Of a DNA stretch of 64,000 bases, positions 54,011 to 64,000 are shown in pieces. The stretch lies in NCBI GenBank assembly GCA_964016885.1, contig OZ024750.1, positions 25,482,001-25,546,000 of the forward strand, read 5' to 3'. This DNA is from Eledone cirrhosa (taxonomy: Eukaryota). The notes beneath the pieces are model-generated. The model had not been told where the DNA came from. It was given only the letters and a program-made list of their open reading frames with translations, and made no database searches. Position 1 is the stretch's first letter. Every line of letters starts with the position of its first letter. The translations under genes and the position numbers were made by a program.

Positions 54011-54454
54011 ATCGGTAGAGGGTCGGACGCCATGCTTTGACGCATAGAGTTACGGCCCTTGACATTCTGAGTTCAAATCCCGCCGAGGTTAACTTTGCCT
54101 TTCATCCTTACGGGGTCGATAAAATAAAGTACCCAGTAATACACTAGTGAATTGCTGGCCTTGTGCCAAAAGTAGAAACAATTATTATTGTTGTCGTTAT
54201 TATGTATATATTATTGCTTGTGCTGTTAATATTTATAAAAAGATGTTATTGTTTAATACTTAAACTATAAATAATTGTTTCTACTTTTGGCACAAGGCCA
54301 GCAATTACCCAGTGCATTACTGGTACTTTATTTTATCGACCCCGTAAGGATGAAAGGCAAAGTAAACCTCGGCGGGATTTGAACTATAAATAATGAAGTT
54401 TTACTTAATAATATCCATGTAATCCAATAAAACTTGTTGTTATGCAATGTTACA

Positions 54455-54486
<32 letters not shown>

Positions 54487-54490
<4 letters not shown>

Positions 54491-54822
54491 TACTTTGGGA
54501 GGGTCATGTTGCCAATAAAAACATACGTACGTGTTGGATTTTAACAAGATGGTGTAGGACAAAACAAGGGAGAGATTCAGAAAATTAAAAAAAAATAGTC
54601 CCTGGGGAGGTCGCAGAATGTGTGACGAAAGAGCTTTGACAATATATAAACAACCTTCCGGTTATCGAACCAAGCAACCAACCGGAAATTCATAATAAAT
54701 TGAAGTGAAAATCAGGAGGTGCGTGTGTTTTTATTAGCAACATGACCCTCCCAAAGTATAACAATAACTGTTTCAACACACGTTTTCAGATAAGAAATCT
54801 CGCAAAACAAATTCAAAGACGA
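54487..54822 (+). mobile_element. Element with ~35-bp inverted ends and a one-sided 60-bp extension (pieces also at 11093-11275, 7295-7332, 43670-43752); probably pLTR-like
   Basis: gttatactttgggagggtcatgttgccaataaaa ... ttttattagcaacatgaccctcccaaagtataac, then an extension; TA-tract flanks; decayed CTGAAGA/GAAA motif inside. Confidence 0.5.
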
Positions 54823-55077
54823 ATATATATATATATTTATATATATATATAAAGAAAAAAAGATGAAATCGAAAATGCAACTGGAGTCTTATTTAAAAAT
54901 ATATATATATATTTATTTGGTTCCTTTACCGGTTTCGCAGTTCTTCTGCTTTTCAAAAGTAGAGTTGAGATGGAGGGTCTGTGGTTTTTCTCACATCTGG
55001 TTGGTCTCTGAATGTTACTTGTTTTATATGGAAAAAGTGGCTTTTTCATTTTGTTAAAAAAAACATCACTTTCTAAT

Positions 55078-55143
<66 letters not shown>

Positions 55144-55451
55144 CGAAAGAGTTGTGGTAAGGAACCAGATGGACCATAACGCACCAGAGTACTCAATATA
55201 CAACCCGGCCCACCAGACCAGTCACTGTGGCCCGCGATGACCGTTTTTTTATTTTTACCTTGTAGGCTTATTTAGAATTTCTTTCATAAACGTAATACAA
55301 TTTTCTGTTAGTTGACTTATACTAAAGGGCTTCACTGATAGGGTTATGTGTGTTATAATTTCCCAGTTCCATGTTATGGAAAGAGGTTGTGGTTTTCATT
55401 AGATTACATATTTTTGACAATGACTGGCCCTAATAGTTGTTCCAATGCACA

Positions 55452-55510
55452 CAGGGGTGTGCAATATATTCCACTGGCGGGCCGCCAGTGGAATATATTG
55501 CACACCCCTG
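55452..55510. repeat. 59-bp perfect hairpin (29-bp arms) with hAT-like CAGGGGTG termini
   Basis: caggggtgtgcaatatattccactggcgg g ccgccagtggaatatattgcacacccctg. Confidence 0.85.
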
Positions 55511-56060
55511 ATCTACACCATTCTTATTGTCCTGCTAGAAATAATAGTCAAATATCCCTTAAAACATACCTTCTGTTACAACATAATTACGTTTAATATA
55601 TCAATGAATAGATATTGTTATATTTTCTATGCCACCACCATTCATATTGACCTGCTAGAAATAACAGCCAAATATCGCTTAAATCATACCTTCCTGTTGC
55701 AACACACGCAAATGGATGTTTGTGTGTGTTGCAGCGACCCTCTCATAGTCAGGTAAATATCATTCCAACGTAGATTCTACCAAAGTTAATTACTGACCAT
55801 GTATGTAAGGTCCTGTAACTCCTGATGCAGTCATTGTCGCGCTCTAGTGACTTGAGTCGTGACTTCGGCATTTTAAACGTGGTGGAGCCCATCTCCTCTC
55901 CAGGTCTGAATACAGACGATTTCTGGTAGAAACGGAAAGATGATGTATGAAAGATATATGGAGGAAGAATGTCAATATTTGACTGATACTTTTCCTATCA
56001 ACTTCGAAAGGATGAAAGACTGTGTAGTTGCAGGACATAAACACACACACATTATATATA

Positions 56061-56123
<63 letters not shown>

Positions 56124-56129
56124 CACACA

Positions 56130-56410
56130 CAAAGGCCTTGTTTCAGGAGGGTACCAGGGGACAAGTGCCCCCCCCCCCCCCACACTTTTTCAAACGTCTA
56201 TATTTTATTTTTTGTTTATTTGATATAATAAATTCTTTTTAAGTTTATATTTTTTTTTATATCTGAACTTCATTTGAATATTTAATTAGCGTAAAATTGT
56301 ACTTATGTGATAGGGTCCGGGAAAGGCTCCATAAGCAATTTATGCTCCTTTAAGAATCAACAAATGTTGGTTTTTTCCCCCTCACATTTTAAAGGCAAAC
56401 GAGGTCCCTG
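56130..56410. mobile_element. hAT MITE
   Basis: Imperfect TIRs caaaggccttgttt / aaacgaggtccctg; perfect 8-bp TSD tacacaca (56122-56129, 56411-56418). Confidence 0.75.
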
Positions 56411-57079
56411 TACACACATCATCACAGACCAAGTAAATACTTAATTGGAGCTACTGACCGCTCAGACGAACCAAAGCCTGCATCTCGCTTGTATATAGTC
56501 CCATATTTTACAGAGTGAACTGTGTGCATATCATTGTAGCACCTGAATTAAGCAGGATATTATGTTTCAAACACAACTAAAGAGTCCTCTCAAACCCTTT
56601 CTTTTTTTTTATTTTGGTGAGAAGGGGCAAGTTTTGTGACGTTTTCTAAGGCTGGATTACCTTCTGTACCTGAAAATATTTGGCGTGTTTGTAACGAAGG
56701 TTATTAGTAGTGGTCGTTAGATGAAATAACAAGAATAACTGGTTTACTTTATATATGAAAAGGTTTACTTCATAAATTAACAAAGAACAGGTTATAAAGA
56801 GTTACAACGGTTGAAAGTGTTTTTGGTGTTGCTTCTTGATGCTGGTGAGACCAGGAGAGAGAGAGAGAGAGTGTAATAACCTGTAACTGTCTGTAGACCT
56901 CAGCGGCCTGTAGGTAGCGGTGAATGTTTTACATAGCTATTCTCTAGCGTACTGCTCCGATCTCTCTGTTTAGAAGTGGGCTGTGATACAGGCTTTTTAT
57001 ACCTGTCGTTTTTCCGCTTCGAGAGATCGCCCACGCATGAACTTGTTTATTCCGAAAAGGATGCTGACCTAGAATTTGA

Positions 57080-57262
57080 CCTTTCGGTGTCACCCAGGGT
57101 TCAAGGCGTGGGCAGATTTCGCTACACGTTTACATCTACGAAACCACACAGCCATGACTGTGAGCCTCGCGAGCTGGAAAAGCTCTTCCAGCGCATCCCC
57201 CTCATCAACCTCCGGGGAAACGCCTTCTCTATTCTGTCCGCCGGGGCCGTGGCGTGGCCAAC
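57080..57262 (+). mobile_element. CRE-clade C-terminal fragment (another at ~40800-40965 on -)
   Basis: EPRELEKLFQRIPLINLRGNAFSILSAG matches the CRE terminal helix seen at 53740-53830. Confidence 0.7.
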
Positions 57263-57639
57263 GCGTGGGACCCCATTTACTTATAATAGTGAGAGGGGGA
57301 TGATGAAGTCAATTGAGCGTTATCTAAAGTCAATTCAGACTATCCCTGTAACCATTTACCATCACTTCAGTCACTATACAGGCTGTGAAACATCACCATT
57401 ACCACTACTACTACTATCACCACCACCATTACTAATTCTACTAAAAACAGAATCCCTTGACAAAAGAATGTTTTACTGATGTAAACATAGAAACGTGAAT
57501 ACAACGAAGAAAAGCTTAGATAAAATTATATAAATGTAACAAGGGAGGTAACTCAGTTTGTAGTTAAATTGTAGGTTTGTAAATAGACACGTTTAAAATT
57601 GTGTAACAGGGATATATATTTTGTATTTTTGTGTCGGAA

Positions 57640-58020
57640 GCAACCATCTCCAACTCACCTAGCTGGATCTCCAAGCAAGACCACCCAAACTCATGGATGT
57701 TATCGAACCATCTTGCCCAGGGTCAACTCCTGGGTCTCCTTCCTGTTGGTTTTGCTTGTAAAATCTGTCCAGCGATTCTTTCCTGAGACATTCTAACCAC
57801 ATGCCCATAGTATCGGAGCTGTGATCTCTCAATTCGGATAAGTAGCGGCTTTACCTGGAGTGACTCTCTGATCTCCGAGCTATGCACTCTATCAAATAAT
57901 GTTACTCCAAAAACCCTTCGGAGGAACCCCATTTCGACCACTAGTATTTGCGATCATATTCTTTTGGTCATTACCCAAGATTCATGACCATAGGTTGACA
58001 TGAATATTGAATTGAAGATT
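57640..58020 (-). mobile_element. Third RTE family C-terminal fragment (also 23250-23505 on -, 52745-52986 on + with (GAA)n tail)
   Basis: EMGFLRRVFGVTLFDRVHSSEIRESLQVKPLLIRIERSQLRYYGHVVRM...GRRPR is a typical RTE C-terminus. Confidence 0.85.
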
Positions 58021-58524
58021 TTAAACTCTTCGGACAAATAGAAAACAAAACAATTGTTATTTTTATTGTGGTTGTTGTTATCTCCTAAAAACATTCAGTG
58101 AAAACTCATCTTTATAGCAACTCTAAGAGATTTCTGTCACATTGGCGAAAAAACTTTAATACAAGTTACACTTATCCATTGTTGAATGAAGACAATATCT
58201 CAATAAAGACAACAATACATAATTAAATACATAAATAAGTTAATAAATATATAGATAAATTAATTAATAATTTATTATAAATTTTAAATAGAGATTTCAG
58301 ATTTGTGGAGCTCGTTTGATTGTCCAGTGTTAATGGTCAGAGGTGAGGTGGAGTTGACCTTTGTCTTTAGGTTAAAAGTAGAAACCTTATATAGGACACC
58401 ATTGTCAGTGACTCTTTCACTCTTTCTGGGGTGTGGAATTCATTACCAAAATGGAATAATTATTGAAATATCATAATTTGTTGGTAAATAACATTTTACA
58501 TCGTCATTCATGACATTTAGATGA

Positions 58525-58948
58525 ACTGTGCCACTGAGGAGCTGGGTCACTGTGGAGATGGGCTGCTGAGGAGCTGGGTTACTGTGGAGGGAGGAGGGAC
58601 TGAGGAGCTGGACTGCTGGGGAGCTGGGTTACTGTGGGGGTGTGTCACTGAGGAGCTGGACTGCTGGGTCACTGAGGAACTAGACTGCTGGGGAGCTGTG
58701 TCTCTGAGAAGCTGGGTCACTGAGGAACTGGACTTCTGAGGAGCTGGGTCACTGAGAAGCTGGTCTGCTGGGGAGCTGTGTCACTGAGAATCTGGGTCAC
58801 TGTGGTGCTGGGTTGCTGTGTCACTGAGAAGCTGGGTCACTGTGGTGCTGGGTTGCTGTGTCACTGAGAAGCTGGGTCACTGTGGACTTGGGCTGCTGAG
58901 GAGTTGGGTTGCTGTGGGGGTGTACCATTGAGGAGCTGGGCCACTGTA
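58525..58948. repeat. actgaggagctgggtc minisatellite
   Basis: Direct inspection. Confidence 0.85.
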
Positions 58949-59140
58949 CTGTAGCAGATTCTGTGACCACAGAGAGACCCTATCACAGTTTACATTTAAT
59001 GGTACAATTTTTCACATCTTTCAATTATCAACTCACTTTTATTTCATTGTTTAGTTTAGGAAGGAAGGCAGTACCCCTAAGCCTCTTTAGGGCCTGTGGA
59101 ACTGGTGGAAAGGGTAGGTAAAGGTATCCTCAATTTAGAG

Positions 59141-59279
59141 CAGGCATGGGCAACCTTTTTCTAGCAGTGGGCCGTATAGGATGTGGTTCATCATAAGGTG
59201 GGCTGTATTACTAAAGAATTCAAGGCAATTTTGAAATTAGGTGTGCCATTCAGAAGTCTAAACAGTTTGCCCATGGTTG
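59141..59279. mobile_element. hAT (Charlie-like) MITE
   Basis: TIRs caggcatgggcaa / ttgcccatggttg; TSD atttagag/atctagag. Confidence 0.8.
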
Positions 59280-59684
59280 ATCTAGAGTCCTGGTTTGAAA
59301 GCTTGCAACAAAGGGGACAGCTCTAAAGACATCTCAGTGCCAGATAGGCGAGTTAGATGGAACATTTGATTTTTTTTGTCATGGCACCAGCACAATCACC
59401 TTACAGTGGACTGGGTGCTTTTTTGTTGTGGATCCAACATAATTACCTTATAGAGTGGACTGGGTGCTTTTTTGTTGTGACACAAGCGTTACCATCTTAA
59501 AAGGTGGACTGGGGTGCTTTTGTTGTAGTGCCAGTATGACCTCAGAGGGGATTGGGTGCCAAGTAGGGGTGTTAAACTGAATATTGGGTTTAAGTCTACC
59601 ATAGTAGGATTTGAACTCAGAAAACAAAGAATTTTAATAAATTCCACAGAATCTGATACTTTAATAGTTCTGCAAATCTACTGT

Positions 59685-59920
59685 CCTGGATTGGTTCTTT
59701 ATTTTATTGACCTGGACTGGTCCTTTATTTTATTGACATGGACTGGGCCTTTATTTTATTGACCCTGACTGGTCCTTTATTTCATTGCCCTGGACTGGAT
59801 CTTTATTTTACTGACCTGGACTGGACCTTTATTTATTGACCTGGACTGGTCCTTTATTTTACTGACCTGGACTGGACCTTGATTTTATTGACATGGACTG
59901 GTCCTTTATTTTATTGAACC
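59685..59920. repeat. ~26-bp minisatellite resembling part of SINE B
   Basis: tttattttattgacctggactggtcc repeated. Confidence 0.8.
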
Positions 59921-61374
59921 CTGGGCAGGCACAAGTACTACCATTTTACAGAGTGGACCGAGTACTTTTTTGTTGTGGCACCAGCATAACCACATTACAG
60001 GGTGTCCAGGGTGCTTTTTTGTTGTGGATCCAATATAACCATCTTGCAGGGTGAACTGGGTGCTTTTGTTGTTGTATCAGCATGGCCACAGAGTAGATTG
60101 GGTGCTTTTTATTGTGGCATCAGCCAGCACTACCACTATACACAAAAAACTTAAAACATTTGCTTTTAGGTTTTACAGCTAGTTGGCTGTTCATGAGCCT
60201 ACAAAGAGAACTTATAGCTACTGCTATTTATGTCAAACACAAAGCAGAACTTATTTGAAATGGTTAGTCTAATTTGCTTAATATGCATTAGTTTAATAAT
60301 TGTTTCTACTTTTGGCACAAGGCCAGCAATTATTCCTGTACATTACTGGTACTTTATTTTATTGACCCCTGAAACCTCCTGTATAAGATTAGAATTTTCA
60401 ATATTTCTTGTTTATATTTCACAATATTAAATTTTGAGTATTGAATCTTCAACTTTATATCAATAATCAGCTATTATTTGCTTGTATATATGCACATATG
60501 TATAAATCTCATTATGTTTATATGTATCCAACTGGCCAGTCGAGTACTTTATTTGGTGCTAATTCCTTTGTTTGAATTCAACAGTAAAACCATGTGTTTT
60601 AGTCTGTGATAAATTTCTTCCTCCTTTAGAGGCAGGGTATGAAATTGACTGGGACTACTAGATTCTATATCAAACTAACACACTGTATGGAACTATCTTA
60701 TGACTTGGGCATCCCTGCTGATGAGTGTAACAGCCCAGTTACGTAAATATCTGCACATATTACATGATTTTCTGAACATTGAGGATAATTTGTGAAGATA
60801 TATTGCACTGAAACGATATCGTCCAAGGTATGAGAATCTACCTAAAGACTGCCGCTGTATCTACTATTAACACAATGTGTGCACTCTGAATGGCTTCTGC
60901 CGGGAGTTATAGAACCAATACTAATATATATATATATATTTAAACCAGTAATTCCTGATGGAGCATAGGAGTACCATATTGAGATACAATGTTTCTTGGG
61001 TATTTTAAACCTGGTAGAGCTGATCTCCTCTCCAGATTTGTCCCAGAGAAGGATAGAGAGTGGAAATGAGAAAGAGATATAGTGGAAGTATCAACCCTAG
61101 TATAGGACTGGTATGTTTTTTTTATCAACCTGGAATGGATGAAAGGTAAAGTTGCCCTCAGTGGGATTTGAACTCAGAGTGCGGTAGAAAGCTGGAACAA
61201 ATACCACAAAATACCACAAAACAGTCTATCCGACATCCTAATGACTCTGCCAATTTGCCATCCAATATATAAAGTCTATAAAAATATTATTGTTGGGGGA
61301 AAGGTAATCAGAAATATATTTAATTTGAATAAAATGGTGCCTCTGCCTCTTTTATTGATGTGTTAGCAATGAAA

Positions 61375-63510
61375 GAGAGAGAGATTGTTGTTTGGAGTGG
61401 GAAAGAGGGATTGTTGTTTAGAGAGGAGAGAGGGGGAGGGAGAGAGGGAGAGAGAGATTGTTGTTTAGAAAGAGAGGGGGGAGAGGAGAGAGAGAGAAAG
61501 AGAGATTGTTGTTTAGAGAGGAGAGAGGGGGAGAGAGAGAGGGAAAGAGATATTGTTGTTTAGAGAGAGAGGGGGAGAGAGAGATTGTTGTTTAGAGAGA
61601 GGGGGAGAGACAGAGATGGAGAAAATATATTTTTTTCCCCCTTTTCTCTTTTTTTTTCACATTTTATTTTAGATTTTTTCTTTTTCTTTTCTTTTTTTAA
61701 ATTTTTTTGTCTCACTATCTCTTTTTGATTACCAACTGTAAGGAGTACTCAATACTTCCCCCGCATCTGCTATGGCTTACTAGCTCTATACAGACGTTTA
61801 AATTGAATAAATAAATCAATAAATATATGATGAAAGATGGCCATCACCATCAGGATTCTGTCAGACAGTTTATATTAACACTATCCTCCAATGAATGTTT
61901 TTTTTTTGGGGGGGGGGGGGGGGAATACAGTAGGATATAATTTGGAGATATGACTGTTATTTCTAGCAATTTGAAGAGGGCTGTGTATGGGTGAGGAGAG
62001 AACAGTTAGGTGAACTACTAGAGAGAGAGAGAGTACAGAATCAATGGTTTACCAAAAGCACGAGTATGAGAGAATGTTAGTAATTGTGTGGATGTAAATA
62101 AGAGTTAGAGAGGAACTAATAACTAGATTGATTAGAAAATAGTATTGTTGGGAGAGAGACGAGAGTGACATAACAGATAAAAAAAGAGAGGTGGGAGAGA
62201 TGATGTGATGAGGAAGAGAGAGGGAAAGAGATAGAAGAGAGAGAGAGAGAGAGTGGGGAGGGAGATGAGAAAGATGAGAGAAATGAGAGAGAGTGAGACA
62301 TATGTGGGAGAAATGATGTGATGTGAGAGGGAGAGAGACATTATATATAAAAGAGAGAGAGATGTGGGAGAGATGATGTGATGTGAGAGGGAGAGAGAGA
62401 GACATTATATATAAAAGAGAGAGATATGTGGGAGAGATGATGTGATGTGAGAGGGAGAGAGAGAGAGAGAGACATATATAAAAGAGAGAGATATGTGGGA
62501 GAAATGATGTGATGTGAGAGGGAGAGAGAGAGAGACATTATATATAAAAGAGAGAGATGTGTGGGAGAGATGATGTGATGTGAGAGAGAGAGAGACATAT
62601 ATAAAAGAGAGAGATATGTGGGAGAAATGATGAGAGGGAGAGGGAGAGAGAGACATTATATATAAAAGAGAGAGATATGTGGGAGAGATGATGTGATGTG
62701 AGGGAGAGGGAGAGAGTGAGATATTATATATAAAAGAGAGATAGGTGGGAGAGACAGGAGAGAGAGTGAGACATTATATATAAAAGAGAGATAGGTGGGA
62801 GAGACAAGAGAGAGAGGGGGAGAGAGAGAGACATTATATATAAAAGAGAGAGATATGTGGGAGAGATGATATGATGTGAGGGAGAGGGAGAGAGACATTA
62901 TATATAAAAGAGAGATAGGTGGGAGAGACAAGAGAGAGAGTGAGACATTATATATAAAAGAGAGATAGGTGGGAGAGATGAGATGATGTGATGTGAGAGA
63001 AAGGATGGAGAGATAAATAGCTAGATATATAGAGAGATAGAGATGTGAGAGAAAGAGATGAGAGAGAGACATACTAGATAAAAGAAAGGGGTGGTAGAGA
63101 TGATGAGATGTGAGAGAGAGACGGAGAGCGGGGGAGGGGAGAGACGAGAGATATAATAGATAGATGAGAGAGGGAGCGAGAGATGAGAGAGAGGGAGAGA
63201 GATAATAGATAAAAGAGAGATAAGTGGTAGAGATGATGTGATGATAGAGAGATGTAGGTGGGAGAGACGATATGATGAGAGACAGAGAGAGGGAGATGAG
63301 AGAAAGAGGGGGATAGAGACATAATAGATAAAAGGGAGATAGGTGGTAGATATATGGTGAGTGAGACGTAGAAAGATAAGAGATAGCCAGATAGAGAGAG
63401 GGGTTTAGAGAGAGACAGTGAAGAATGAGAGAAAGATATAGATAGATAGATACAGATGAGAGATGTGAGAGAGAGAGATATAGAGAGGGCGAGATAGATA
63501 GACAGAGAGA
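61375..63510. repeat. (GA)-rich low-complexity and minisatellite blocks (61375-61620, 62150-63510)
   Basis: Direct inspection. Confidence 0.9.
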
Positions 63511-64000
63511 GTTAGTGATAACAGGGAGAGAAAACCAGCAATTAACCAGAGAGAATGAAAGAGGGATAAAAATGTATGAAACGGGATTTAAAAAAAATAT
63601 ATCCACAACAATAATTTTATCTTAAGAAAATATTGAATATCAATTAATTCTAATTTAAAAAGAAATTAACTTTACTAAAATATTGCTACAGACAATAAAA
63701 GACAATTTTAACAGGTTTGAAATAATAGGTATATGGTTTATATTAGACATTTCTTAGCTACGATACCTGATAAAATTTACACCTCACCTCTTATTCGAGT
63801 TATTTATTTCTAGATAAGAACAATATCTCTATTGAAATATCGTAAATATATCATTCTAATATATATTTACCTAGAGAATATAGAGATAAAAGTTGAGAGA
63901 ATGAATGTTTTTTAAATAAAGAATGAAGATTTAATGATCAAGTCGATGAAATTCCTAACGAAAAATCCATCCACGATGTTATTGTACTGATTCATAAGGA

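Noticed and set aside
56976-57479. 167-aa ORF as a host gene
   Set aside because: Only its middle is recognisable, as a CRE retrotransposon C-terminus; no exon structure supports a gene.

Overview
AT-rich, microsatellite-dense animal genomic DNA. The repeat families (CORE-type SINEs with an RTE-derived tail, RTE, CRE and Tx1 LINE pieces) suggest an octopod cephalopod, which is an inference. One host gene is supportable: ARL6IP1 on the minus strand, with coding exon 1 at 38228-38266, exon 2 at 6937-7073 and a ~31 kb intron 1; later exons were not found and probably lie left of the window. The rest is transposable elements and tandem repeats: two 5'-truncated RTE LINEs with open RT+PHD-finger ORFs, partner SINEs, hAT/piggyBac/mariner/Tc2 MITEs, a Helitron and CRE/Tx1 fragments. 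The most interesting signal is absent from the ORF track. It is a set of short non-coding elements in (TA)n tracts, built as a fold-back palindrome plus a one-sided tail, several carrying type I hammerhead ribozyme motifs. They include an intact minimal hammerhead at 39227, a 128-bp perfect palindrome encoding a hammerhead on both strands at 36887, and a U3-A8 core variant at 17902/54921. The architecture fits extremely truncated Penelope-like pseudo-LTR insertions from several families. Most short ORFs in the supplied track are microsatellite artefacts.
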